DNA of 64,000 nt from Octopus bimaculoides. Lineage: Eukaryota. Made by a program: the position numbers and the translations under genes. Positions 1-12,965 of the stretch are shown here, one piece after another. The notes under the pieces are model-generated. The model was not told where the DNA came from, did no database searches, and worked only from the letters and a program-made list of their open reading frames with translations. The stretch spans positions 62,951,641 through 63,015,640 of the forward strand of contig NC_068992.1 in the NCBI RefSeq assembly GCF_001194135.2, given 5' to 3'. Position 1 is the stretch's first letter, and each line of letters begins with the position of its first letter.

Positions 1-221
1 TATTAATATATATGCATACGTATGTACTAAATATATCATATACACATAAACGGAATTTAAAATGGATAGCTTCGAAGAAAACGTGTATATACATATTTAT
101 ATATAATATTGTGTGTGTGTACATATAGATGGATAGATAGATAGATAGGTAGATTGATATATAGATTGATATGCATAAACATATTCATACACACACAGAC
201 TAACACACACACGGGTTTAGT

Positions 222-273
<52 letters not shown>

Positions 274-695
274 GGTATGTATGTATGTATGTATGTATGT
301 ATGTGTATATGCATTTATCTATGCATGTATTGCTGAAGGCTATAGTGTTCTTTTGTTGTCAAACGCTAGTAACATGCTTCACACAACGACATTTGCAATG
401 ATAAAACTGCCCAAGTATTAAGTACGACATGAAAAAAATTCAAAGAACAACAAAAATAATAGATTTTATCCCTGATAAGAGGGACATGCCACGAAAGGAA
501 TTATAAATTCTAATATCTGTTGAAAGTCACGTTGTTATGATTGGGTTATCGTATAAATGTTTCATAAGAATATTGTATTAATAATGGAATAAAGGATTAC
601 GCCTATCTGTGTTCATGTGCATATATGTGTTCGTATGTATAGATATGCATATATGTGTCTGTGTCTGTGTATATGCGTGTGTATATATATACATA

Positions 696-785
<90 letters not shown>

Positions 786-968
786 TATTGTACATACATT
801 ACATACCTAGGACAGTGTTCGCGTGTGCGTATATATATGTACAAACATACACACACATACATACACACACATACATACATACACACATACATACACATAC
901 ATACATACACACATGCATACATACATACACACATGCATACATACATGCATGCATATATGTGTGTGTGT

Positions 969-1288
969 GTGGCTGTGTGGTAATAAGCTTGCTTCTGAAC
1001 CTCATGGTTCTGTGTTCGGTCCCACTGCGTGATATCTTGGGCAAGCCTCTTCTACTATAGCCTCGAGCCGACCAAAGCCTTGTGAATGGATTTGGTAGAC
1101 GGAAACTGAAAGGAGTCTGTCATATTTATGTGTGATTGTGTCTGTGTATGTGTGTGGGTGTGTGTTTGCATTCGTGCGTGCGTGTCTTTGTGTCTGTGTT
1201 CGTCCACCACCACCACTTGACAATCGGTGTTGGTGTGCTCCAGCATGGCCACCGTCTAATGACTGAAATAAGGAAAGATAAAAGATAT
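969..1288 (+). mobile_element. SINE family A (tRNA-derived head, internal (GT)n, AT-rich tail)
   Basis: A-box-like tggctgtgtgg, B-box-like gttcggtccc, shared body gggcaag..cttctactatagcc..gaccaaagcc..ggatttggtagacggaaactgaaag; many copies in the window. Confidence 0.85.
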
Positions 1289-1706
1289 ATAACGGCAACA
1301 AACTGTCAAGGGAGCTGGACAGCAGATCTTCAGAGAAGTAACTCCGCTCAGGCAAGCAATTCGGCCCTTCACCTCGTACAATCCAAGGGACCATAACTCC
1401 AGGTCATAACTTCCGGGTGTCCTTCTGCCGAGACTGTTTAGCCAATTGGATATTGGACGTTTGTGCGTTTACAATGGCGGAAGATTTCATGTTTAGTGTT
1501 TTTATTTGAATGAGGGCTGACAGAAAAAGAGCAACATAGCGTGGTCAGTCTCCGAACGACATATAGCAATTCCTCTTCAATCACTGGCTCTATACTAGGT
1601 TTATGATCATTAACAGAGAAGTCCAGGTATAAGCGCCAGTGAAGATTGTGATTATTAACTTAGTTAATTAGTCACTCGGTCAGTCCGCCAGTTACTTGGA
1701 CAGATC

Positions 1707-1768
<62 letters not shown>

Positions 1769-1800
1769 CAGACGGAGGGAGGGACAGAGAGAGAGAGATG

Positions 1801-1832
<32 letters not shown>

Positions 1833-2555
1833 TATTGTTTGTTCACTAAGAATAGTAGTTAGTTGATTAGTTCGTTAGTAAGTAAGTTGTTCAGTAAGTT
1901 CGTTATTGTCTTTACTTAGTAAGATGCTTGGTTAATTAATTGGTTAGTAAGTTAGTTGGTTGGTTAGCCAAGTAATTGAGTTGGTTGATTGATAATCATT
2001 TTACTGAATATGATTGGTCGGCGAGAGGGTAACTCAGAAAAATCACACGAACGGTGGTCTCGCGAGCCACGATGTTTTTTTTATTCAGCGATCGAAAGGA
2101 TGAACAAACAGTACAACCTATATTATGAATCCCAATTGTTTGGGGTTCATTGTTCAACCTCGTCGAAGGGTGTATACCGCACACTGAGTGGATCGGAAGA
2201 ACGACAGCGATTGGATCACGCAGCGAACTTAACTTCTTAAATAACGTGGCCATTCTTGCACACATAAATCATCGCATCCAGACAATTCTGCTTTGAGAAC
2301 GAAAACGATAGCAATTAATTTTGAGAAAACTAAATTATCGATTTGAACAGCGATATGTATTAAAAATCATACATTAATATTCTTTTACACTATTTAAATG
2401 TCAAAAACTATTGATTAACTGTCTCGTGCAACTAACTAAAGAAAAGGGAGAAAATTGGAATGCTGTAAGACAGGGAGGTAATTACAACTGTTTCCAATTC
2501 TAAAGTGACAATCACCAATTATAGGATCTTGCTAAGTGGTGAAGCCAGTTTACTC

Positions 2556-2764
2556 CTCTTCGAAACGCCGGTGTTAGAACGGGGGTAGCTGATGAAGGAA
2601 AATGTTCTCTATGTGGCTTGTGTGTTTTCTGTACTCTGGTTATCATTATTTCTTGTCTACGTTTTGTTTGCAATGTCCTGTACACAGATATGCACCTATA
2701 TATACAGGTAGACGTAGGTATGTACACACCTGTACGTATATATTCATATACTCATTTATTATTT

Positions 2765-2768
<4 letters not shown>
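2556..2768 (+). mobile_element. Short interspersed element ending at (TA)n, copy 1 (copy 2 at 3917-4119)
   Basis: Two diverged ~205-bp copies 1.36 kb apart; both start ctcttcgaaacgcc..gctgatgaagg and end at a (TA)n tract. Confidence 0.8.
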
Positions 2769-2803
<35 letters not shown>

Positions 2804-2899
2804 TATATACATACATACATGCATGCATGCATGCATACATACATACATACATACATACATACACACACACATACATACCTATCAAGGCTCAAAGGTCCT

Positions 2900-3041
2900 T
2901 TGCTAGCCATCGGCTCATAAAACCAGCTTCCTGGATTCTGTGGCGTGTATCTTATTCCAATGAACGGGACGCCGATCCAGGAACCGAAACTACAATCTTA
3001 CGATCATAAGTACAACACCCTAACTACAGGGTAACGCACCT
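2900..3041 (-). mobile_element. SINE family C, internally deleted
   Basis: Minus strand ggtgcgttacc..gttagggtgttgtacttatgatcgtaagattgtagtttcggttcctgg. Confidence 0.6.
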
Positions 3042-3551
3042 CCACACACACACATACACAAGTACTATACATGCACACATACATACATACATACATACAT
3101 ACATACATACATACATACAAATATTTATACAAAAATACGTGTGTGTATGTGTGTCTGTGTGTAATTTATATATGTATGTATGTAAAATGAGCGAATGAAT
3201 GATTGCAGCAAGTAAAAGCAGTATTGAAACTAACCTTTCCTTTCGTTCATTTTAGAAAAATGTCATGATTTGAGAAATTCAGAACAAGTAAAGAATTCGA
3301 AATTGCAAAACGAATCGCCCAATGGCGACACGTCTGTTAAAAACACAAGGACTATGGCAATAGATCTCTAAGACTTTGTCAAGAATACAGAATAGAGGAG
3401 ACAGGTACCTGAAGTGTACAACAATATTTGTTAGTATCAATATATGAGCAGGAAAGTTTGACTATATGCGTATATGACGATGTATATGTGAGTGTGTGTA
3501 TGTGTTTCTGAGTATATGTCTGTATACGAGAGTGTTTGAGCAAGTGTTTGC

Positions 3552-3582
<31 letters not shown>

Positions 3583-3916
3583 TGTGTGTGCATATATGTG
3601 TTTGCGTATATATGTATGAATTATATATTCAAACTAGCATGTATGTATTAGAGTAGCGCCTTGGACGTCAACGTCAGGACGCATCACTTATGGATATAAC
3701 TTAGAAATTAGCTTAACGGAAAGTATTCCAATTAATCATTTTACTCATATCGAAAATTGTATGCTGCTTTTTCTCTATCTTCTTTTCTACTCTAGGCACA
3801 AGGCCCGAAATTACTACCTGCTTTTATAGCAAGTTGATGCAGGAAGTTTATCCTAGCCCCCCTTTGACTTTTAGTTCATGCAACTGAAAAAAAACCCCGC
3901 ATTATTTATGGGATAA

Positions 3917-4113
3917 CTCTTCGAAACGCCAGTGTTAGAATGGTGGCAGCTGATGAAGGAAATGTTCTCTAAGTGGCCTGTGTGTTTTCTGTACTCTCTT
4001 TATCATTTTGTCTACGGTTTGTTTGCAAAGTCCTGTACCCAGGTATGCATCTATATATACAGGTAGATGTAGGTATGTACATACATGTACGTATATATGC
4101 ATATACTCATTTA

Positions 4114-4119
<6 letters not shown>
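3917..4119 (+). mobile_element. Short interspersed element ending at (TA)n, copy 2
   Basis: Alignable to 2556-2768 over its whole length, with scattered substitutions and indels. Confidence 0.8.
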
Positions 4120-4161
<42 letters not shown>

Positions 4162-4799
4162 CGACAGTGAGTTCGCCGACTTTATGAGTCTTGGAGAAAT
4201 GTTTTAGAGATGAATACATCAGCACAACGACTGCCATTAATATATGATATCATCGTTCACAAATTCTTTAAATAACTCGGAATCATTTTGTTTTAGCGTT
4301 ATGCTACCACAAAAGACCATGTAATCATCACGTATTTAGCGTATTAAAGATTTTCAATACTAAACGGTTTATCAATAGCTTAATATCTTCGATCAAAGTT
4401 TCGCAAACTCACGAGTGTCATTCTAAAAATTTTTCATACTTTCCATGCATTTCTAACTTTTATCGTAACTGTCACACAGATGGAAGGAATTTTGGCATAA
4501 ATCTGTGAATGTGTGAATAGGTTAAGTCTTTTCATGAACTATAAATAACTGATAGTCTAATTTATACGCGTGTTCTATCCTTTTAAGCCGGAATCTTTAC
4601 CCTGGAATCAATTTAGGTTTGTTCTTGTTGTTTTGATTGCTTTGAATTTTTTTGTTTTTTTTATTCTTCTTTGTTTTGTTTTTTTGTTTTGTTTTTTTTT
4701 TGTCTCTTTCTATATCGAATTCCAATAAACCTAGTTCTTATGGTTTCTGACGACTTACGAAAGTTTCGGTTGCGAATTTTCATGAATACAATATAAGAG

Positions 4800-5091
4800 A
4801 GGGAGACGGGGTTAGAAGGAAGGAAGGAAGGAAGGAAGGAAGGGGAGGAGGAAGGAAGGAAAAAAGAAGAATGGAGAAGCAAAGAAAGGAGGCAGGAATA
4901 AAGGGAATGTAGGTAGAAAGGAAGAAATAAAGAAAGTGAGGGAGAAGGAAATATAGAGAGTTGGAATTAGAGAAAGTGAAAGAAAGAGAAAGTGAAAGAA
5001 AGAGAAAGAGAAAATGAAGAAGGTGTGATGACAACGAAGAAAGAAATAGAGAGAGAGAATGATGGAAAGAAGTGAAGAACGAAAGAAAGAA

Positions 5092-5122
<31 letters not shown>

Positions 5123-5135
5123 GAGTAGAAGTCAT
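4800..5135. repeat. Polypurine tract (GGAA)n/(GAAA)n/(GA)n
   Basis: About 330 bp almost purely A/G on the + strand. Confidence 0.9.
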
Positions 5136-5404
5136 ACAGTTAGAAGGAAAATCATCGTAATCGAGGTTGGGTGATTTGCTCGGGTGGTGAGGGATGCATT
5201 TCTGCCCTGAATTTCAATCACAATGGTCTCCCACAAGCTAAAATACCTTATCTGACCACCACCATCACGATAGATGATAGAAGTAGTTCACTTACTGAAC
5301 TGGTTGATCCTGGCCGTTGACAGTTTCTTGTCTGTTCATCTGCTCAGCATCTCGGGATATTAGCCATTCATTCAATAAGGTTCATTTATCTTTTATCTCT
5401 CATC

Positions 5405-5635
5405 CTTTTCTTGTTTCACTTATTATATTGTGGCCATGCTGAGCCACCACCTTGAAGAGCTTTAAGCTGAATGAATCGGCATCAAGAGTTTTTTTTTTTT
5501 TTTAAGCCTGGTCCTTATTCTCACGTTTTTTTCTTTGTTTTGCTGAGCCGCTAGATTACAGAGACATAAACACACCAACAACGGTTGCCAAGTGGTGGAG
5601 GAGAACAAAGACAAGCACAAAGGCACACACACACA
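5405..5635 (-). mobile_element. SINE family A, 3' half
   Basis: Reverse complement of the A tail (ggccatgctg..gagccgctag..aaacacaccaacaacggttg). Confidence 0.7.
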
Positions 5636-6139
5636 CACAAACGCTCATATATATATGTGTATGTGTTTATGTGTTATGTGTGTCTGTATACATATACATA
5701 TACATATGTATGTATATATATATGTATATATACATACATACATACATACCTATATATACATATATATACACACATATATTACATGGAAAAATGCGAGGAA
5801 GAGAAATAATATCCTTAAGGTTATAAATCTGCAAAAGTACAGGACAAATTATTACATTTAGTAAAATACAGAACAAGAAAATATTTACTTAAAATATTGC
5901 AGCTAAGGATAAAATTTCAAATAAAATATTGAGATTCAGAAAATATTAGCTTTTAATAAAACTAAAAATTTTATTACAAGTTATTGCTTCTATTTGTTAT
6001 TACTTGTTATTTCTATTAAAAATTTAAAATAACTCAAAATATTTTTTGCATTTTAAAAAATTCAATCTTTTAATTATTAATTAATAATTACAAATTAAAA
6101 AATAGTTTATAAAAAATAATAGTAATACATAATTAGTAC

Positions 6140-6311
6140 AGCGCAGGAGTGGCCCGTGTGATGAGTAACTTGCTTACCAATTACATGGTTCCGGGTTCCG
6201 GGTTCCAATGTGTAGCACCTTGGGCAAGGGTCTTCTACTATAGCTTCGGGCCGACCAAAGCCATGTAAATGGATTTGGTAGACGGAAACTGAAAGAAGCC
6301 CGTCGTACATA

Positions 6312-6347
<36 letters not shown>

Positions 6348-6492
6348 TGTATCTATGTTTCCCCCCCCCCCCAACATCACTTGACAACCGATGCTGGTGT
6401 GTTTACATCCCCGTAACTTAACTTAGCGGTTCGACAAAAGAAGCCGATAGAAAAGTACTAGGCTTAAAAATAATAAGTCCTGGGGTCGATAT
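6140..6492 (+). mobile_element. SINE family A, near full length
   Basis: gcgcaggagtggc head through ggaaactgaaagaagcccgtcg, (GT)n, ..gtactaggctt..aataagtcctggggtcgat. Confidence 0.85.
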
Positions 6493-6509
6493 GTACATAT
6501 AAGTTATAT

Positions 6510-6760
6510 ATCCGATTTCTGCAGTAGAAGGGTGATGAAATTTTTCTGCTCTAAAAAGGTTTAAAAAGGTAATAAAATTTTGAGCGGATATTTCTGATTT
6601 CCGCAGTAAAGGTGTAACGAAAGTTTCAGTGTGTACATTTGATTTCCACAATAACATGGGGTGATGGAATTTTGAGCGGAAATATCAGATTTCCGCAATA
6701 AAAGAGGAATGAAACTTTATGTGGATATATCTAATTTCCGCAGTAAAATGATGAAATGTT
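6510..6760. repeat. Degenerate ~45-bp minisatellite
   Basis: gatttccgcagtaaa-like core at 6514, 6596, 6641, 6688 and 6733. Confidence 0.7.
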
Positions 6761-6965
6761 GGTCTTAGAGTTTCTCGGACGTCGGGCAAAATGCTTAGCA
6801 ATATTTCGCCAGTCTTTGTGCTCTGAGTTCAAATTCCACCGATGTTGATTTGCCTTTCATCCTTTGGACGTCTATAAAATAAATACCAACTAATTACTGG
6901 GGTCGATGTAATCGACTTGCCACTTCGCTTCGAAGTTCCTGGCCTTGTACGAAAATTTTAAACCA
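6760..6965 (+). mobile_element. SINE family B, decayed
   Basis: gggcaaaatgcttagc..gagttcaaattccacc..tttgcctttcatcc..ggggtcgatgtaatcgac..ggccttgtac. Confidence 0.75.
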
Positions 6966-8537
6966 ATATTTCTAGTGGAAACATACAACGCAACCCAAAA
7001 CACTAGAGACGTTTTCATTTCATTAAAACAACAGCTTTGTTGATTATAGAAGCAACAATAGGAGTTATATCCCTTGCCTCAGTAACACTCTCCTAACATT
7101 TTCTATTCGTATTCTAGATCATATTTTTTTATTCCTTTCCATTTTTTAGCGGTTTCAACGCATATATGGAACACACAATATTAAATAAAAGAAGCTAACA
7201 AATAACAGCCCCTTCTAATATACGCCGTGAGTGTGTGTAGTGGTAGGTGCGTCTGAGAGCATACGTGTATGTGTGTGCATGTATATGCGAGCGAGTGAGA
7301 GTGTTCATGCACGTGTGTACGTGTGTGAATATATACACATATATGCATATTACTATGCTTATGTATACGTTCATATTTGTGTATATATGCATGGTATATA
7401 TGTATATATGTATAGGTATAAATATAAATATATATATATATATANNNNNNNNNNNNNNNNNNNNNNNNNNNNNNNNNNNNNNNNNNNNNNNNNNNNNNNN
7501 NNNNNNNNNNNNNNNNNNNNNNNNNNNNNNNNNNNNNNNNNNNNNNNNNNNNNNNNNNNNNNNNNNNNNNNNNNNNNNNNNNNNNNNNNNNNNNNNNNNN
7601 NNNNNNNNNNNNNNNNNNNNNNNNNNNNNNNNNNNNNNNNNNNNNNNNNNNNNNNNNNNNNNNNNNNNNNNNNNNNNNNNNNNNNNNNNNNNNNNNNNNN
7701 NNNNNNNNNNNNNNNNNNNNNNNNNNNNNNNNNNNNNNNNNNNNNNNNNNNNNNNNNNNNNNNNNNNNNNNNNNNNNNNNNNNNNNNNNNNNNNNNNNNN
7801 NNNNNNNNNNNNNNNNNNNNNNNNNNNNNNNNNNNNNNNNNNNNNNNNNNNNNNNNNNNNNNNNNNNNNNNNNNNNNNNNNNNNNNNNNNNNNNNNNNNN
7901 NNNNNNNNNNNNNNNNNNNNATATATATATATATATATATATAACACGATGCATTCAGCCATCCATCCGTATTAAGAGCAACCAAGTAGGGGAACATGCA
8001 TGTCGGTAAAATACACATCTGAGCAATATTCAATGAGAGAAATGTGTGGATAATGCCTTTCTCGAAATTTCTATCATAGAATGTCTATTCAGCTAAAACT
8101 ACAATAACCACCACCACTACCACAACAACAACAATGGTACAAAAGCAGACGTATCTACTCGAAAGAACAACAATCCCAACAAAAACATCATCAACAAGCG
8201 GTCGTATTCAGATATCAAACAATAGCTCAATGAGGTCGACGCAGGGATGAAACATAAGCTAGACGGGTTTATCAAAAGAACAGAACAAAGAAAAATATGT
8301 CTCCAATGAAAGTAACTTGTATACATTGCTGGGTGTCTATTGATGATAAATAAAGACGTATTAAACGAAATCGGTTGCGTATGGGGATAGACTTTGGTGG
8401 CCATCTTGTAATGTTTTATTGCAACCGTGTTCGGTTTATGCATACTGCCGGGCTACAATTATGCTAATATACAATATACAACAAATGATTGTATTTCGAA
8501 GATTATAGTTGTATTTGTATTTCTGTATAAGCAAATA

Positions 8538-8605
<68 letters not shown>

Positions 8606-8832
8606 CATATACACACACAAATAGAAGTGGATATACATTTACGTGCTATATAAAATACACACAAAATATATTTGTGTCTCTTCATGTGTGTATGAGAGTC
8701 GACGTGTAAGTAATTCTCTGCATTTATGTAACCATCTGTCTATCAATCAATCAATGCATCTATATTTATGTATCTAGTTATCTAGCTATACATATATACA
8801 TACATATATATGCGAGTGTATGCATGTGTGTG

Positions 8833-8938
<106 letters not shown>

Positions 8939-8967
8939 GTTATACACATAGATGAAAGTATATGCAT

Positions 8968-9000
<33 letters not shown>

Positions 9001-9457
9001 ATATACACACATACGTATATATGTATTTAATTTGGGTATGTTTTATATTACACGTATATGTAATACAGTTTCTATGTTTTCATATATACATATGCATAAA
9101 ACATATAAGACTGTAACTACATATGCATAATATGTTTATTTACATATATACATCTGCACACTTTCATATATTTGTGTCTATATATTTATGCGATCACATA
9201 CAGACACCCGTACATATACAAACATATGTACACACTATGAATAACGCCATTCAGTTACAATAATGCTTGCCTAAGTGTAGTTGCAGCATCGAATTTATTC
9301 TTCAATGCAATAAAGTGTTCGCTGATGATCTGTTGCGCTTCGGTATCCAATTGCGCTTCGAACGTGCACTGCAGACGGTCCAAAAGCCACCACGTTGAAC
9401 TGTACGTAGGGAGCAAATAATATAAACTTGTGTTTGTCATAATTTCACATAGTGTCG

Positions 9458-10050
9458 AAGGCATGGTTGTGTAGTAAAAAGTTTGCTTCCTAACCATATA
9501 GTTCTGGATTCAGTGTTACTGCATAGCTCCTAGAACAATTGTCTTCTACTATAGCCCCAGGCTGACCACAGCCTAGTGACTGGATTTGGTACACGGAAAC
9601 TGAAAGAAGCGACGAGCTGGCAGAAACGTTACCACGCCGAGGTAGACTTTGCCTTTCATCCTTTCGGGGTCGATAAATTAAGTACCAGTTACGCACTGGG
9701 GTCAATGTAATCGACTTAATCCATTTGTCTGTCTTTGTTAATCCCCTCTATGTTTAGCCCCTTGTGGGCAATAAAAAAAAATAGGAAACTGAAAGAAGCG
9801 CATCATGTATGCGTGTGCGTTTAAGTGTGTATGTGTGTGTGCGTGTGTATGTATTTGTGTTTATCCACCACCACTATTGAAAACCGGTGTCGGTGTATTT
9901 ACATCCAATAATCTAGCGGTTCGGCAAAAGAGAGCGGTAGAATAAGTACCACGTTTACAAAAAAGCAATTGGGGTCGATTCATTCAGTCTTCAAAGCGGT
10001 GCCCCAGCATGGCTGCAATCTAATGACTGTAACAAACAATCAATAGAAGA
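9458..10050 (+). mobile_element. SINE family A interrupted by a family-B SINE (9612-9783) with a 17-bp target-site duplication
   Basis: ggaaactgaaagaagcg at both 9595-9611 and 9784-9800 flanks a B copy ending in an A-tail. Confidence 0.85.
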
Positions 10051-10272
10051 TATACGAATGTTTTTGTTGGCGTGTGTGTATGCATTTACGTATGCAACGT
10101 ATGTGTATGGATATCAGACGTATGGCAGCCGTTGCCACATGGTGAGCTACCCTTCTTAACCTAGAATTCTAACATAAATAATTCTTGTTTTGGATGAGTG
10201 AATCGCGAAGCAGATAAGATTATAAAGAAAGACGTGTAAATATTGGGTCAAAAATCCCGTTTGGATAGAAAT

Positions 10273-10351
10273 GTTGCATTTGGGACTCGACCCCACGTCT
10301 CCTGTTACTATGACAAGTGTTCTACCATTAATTAACATTGAACGTACAAAC
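10273..10351 (-). pseudogene. tRNA-like relic (tRNA pseudogene or isolated SINE head)
   Basis: Minus strand: gttc aatg[ttaattaatg]gta gaac D-arm with a 10-nt insertion; cttgt/acagg anticodon stem with a 7-nt loop; agac variable region; gtggg gtcgagt cccaa T-arm; partial acceptor stem ending tgcaac. Confidence 0.45.
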
Positions 10352-11940
10352 TTAGATATATTTTTAAAGCTTATACGCTAACAAACTGCTTTGATGTTTG
10401 TTTCTCAGTGAGTTTTATAAAATTTTCAAAGAAATTACATTTTTTCATGATGTAAAATCACCATTCTTTGTAGTAGCACCCATTTACCATAACCGGAATA
10501 TACACTTCGTACATATATGTAGACACACACATACACACACGTGTCTGTACATGCATACACACACGTGTGTGTGTATGTATGTACATAGTTACACACTTAT
10601 CTAAATATATATAAGCATACATAAACAAACACATATATACATATACATATATACTCACACACGCTACCCTCACACACACACATATATATACATGTAATCA
10701 ATCTTACGTGTGCATCTGTAGTTATGAGTATATAGACATATACCTTTATAAATATGGATATATATGTGTGTGTGTGTGTGTGTATACATACAGACACACG
10801 CATACATCATATATATAGTTACACACATATATTTTTGTGTGTATGTGTGTCCCTGTGTATGTATGTGTGTTTGTTTGTGTGCATAAATATTCAAGTTAGC
10901 TTCCCTATGTCTCTTAATTTTTCCTTTCCTTATTTTTTTTCTCTTATTCTAATCGAAGACGAAGAATTGATATTTTACCACCGCTGTTTGATGCCGCCTC
11001 AAAGTATTTTTGTTTGCTTTTTTCTTACCAATTTTTAACACATTGTGACACAATATTTTTATATACATATCTATATATACATATATATATATATATATAN
11101 NNNNNNNNNNNNNNNNNNNNNNNNNNNNNNNNNNNNNNNNNNNNNNNNNNNNNNNNNNNNNNNNNNNNNNNNNNNNNNNNNNNNNNNNNNNNNNNNNNNN
11201 NNNNNNNNNNNNNNNNNNNNNNNNNTATATATATATATATATATATATATGCATATTCTTGCCCTCTGTTATAAACATCATATCGGAATCCAATAGGCTG
11301 ACATGAAGTGCAGATTTATCTATCTGAAGAGGTCTCCAAAAATAACACGGGTCTCTCACTTCTTTTTACATAGCATATTTCTCTGGAAATTCTTCGAGAG
11401 TGTTTTTTTGCTTAATTTTGTTTAACAATTTCTCAGTTTTATCTTTATTTTTAATTTTTCATTATAGAAGTTCATGTTTTAACATTCCCAATAAAAAAAA
11501 AATAGATGGTAGGTTAGGAGTATAACAGAATATTCTTTCTTGAAGTGACAGCCAAGTTATAAATTGATGAGAGAGCATAAGATGAAGATTCCTGACAGGA
11601 CAATGAATGTTCCTGGAAGTAGGAAGAGCCAGCTAGCTCCTTCATGCTTTGGGACATTCAATACTATTTTCGCGCTGTCGGAACTTTCGATGTTGCAATC
11701 TGCGGGTTTGTTTGTTGATTTTCTGATTCTATTGAACTATCTCCGCTCCAACAATCTATCTATCATCTTTTTATCTTAGAAACATCTTTTGTGTCTACAT
11801 ATATATACACATACATACATATATACATACATACATACCTATTCATGTATGTGTGTGTGAGTGCCTGTATGTGTGTCTGTGTGTGTATATATATCTAGGT
11901 AAGCAAAGAAAGACAGTTATATTTTATATTTAAAGCATTA

Positions 11941-11987
<47 letters not shown>

Positions 11988-11997
11988 NNNNNNNNNN

Positions 11998-12034
<37 letters not shown>

Positions 12035-12404
12035 AGAGAGAGAAGTGTGAGATATAAGAAAAAGAAACAGCCAATGAGAGAAGGTAGAGAGAGAAGTATT
12101 CGGTAAGAGTGATTGTTCTCCTGTTTGTTAAACAGATATTTCTTTTACTTTAGAAAATGTAGTCATACGAAGATAAGTATACGTAAGTAATCAAGTGTTT
12201 CGAATGATAAATGAATGAAATAATCCTACTCCAAAATGTGCGTATATGTCTGTGGTTGGTAAGCAAGCTACTTTATTTCATTAAATTTGCCACGAGGGCG
12301 GTACACAGAATAGCTATGGGCTGGACGAGGACATTAATGAGATGAATGATAACGAAAATGAGTAAAAATGAGAGGAGGATCAGCGCCCGCCGACCAATAA
12401 CTCC

Positions 12405-12571
12405 TCGAGTAACTTGCTCCCAACCACATGGTCCTGGGGTCACTCCCACTGGGTGACACCTTGGGCAAGTGTCTTCTACTATAGCCTCGGGTTGACCAAA
12501 GCCTTGTGAGTGGATTTGGTAGACGAAAACTGAAAGAAGCCCGGCATATATAGATATATATATGTGTGTGT

Positions 12572-12612
<41 letters not shown>

Positions 12613-12698
12613 CTTGTGTGTCTGTGTTTGTCCCCCCACCATCGCTTGACAACCAATGCTGGTGTGAGTACCTCTCCGTCACTTAGCANNNNNNNNNN

Positions 12699-12784
<86 letters not shown>

Positions 12785-12965
12785 CTTGTGTGTCTGTGTT
12801 TGTCCCCCCACCATCGCTTGACAACCAATGCTGGTGTGAGTACCTCTCCGTCACTTAGCAGTTCGTCGAAAAAGACCGATAGAATAAGTACTAGGCTTAC
12901 AAAGAATAAGTCGTGGGGTCGATTTGTTCGACCGCAGTCAGATGACTGAAACAAATAAAACAACA
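12405..12965 (+). mobile_element. SINE family A with an internal segment duplicated across a 10-N gap
   Basis: A head and body; 12562-12688 is repeated essentially identically at about 12734-12858. Confidence 0.8.

Noticed and set aside
3225-3410. Strong + strand acceptor (ctaacctttcctttcgttcattttag) with a downstream GTACCT/GTAAAG
   Set aside because: All frames hit stops before the main donor, and there is no nAChR similarity.
7150-7226. 77-nt segment between a strong acceptor and GTGAGT
   Set aside because: Stops in all three frames.
10955-11430. Frames faintly like nAChR M2-M3 and post-M3 (DILPP..KYF; RSP..FLH)
   Set aside because: Too few identities, wrong spacing, in-frame stops and no donors.
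11550-11730. Minus frame ending in a hydrophobic stretch (WLFLLPGTFIVLSGIFILCSLINL*)
   Set aside because: No acceptor or start and no homology; consistent with a chance T-rich frame.
12295-12362. Short acidic frame GGTQNSYGLDEDINEMNDNENE as a possible nAChR loop exon
   Set aside because: Weak acceptor; the donor phase does not match the phase-0 terminal exon; no MA-helix motif.
12562-12858. Apparent tandem duplication inside a SINE
   Set aside because: Essentially identical copies separated by a 10-N gap; typical contig-overlap artefact.
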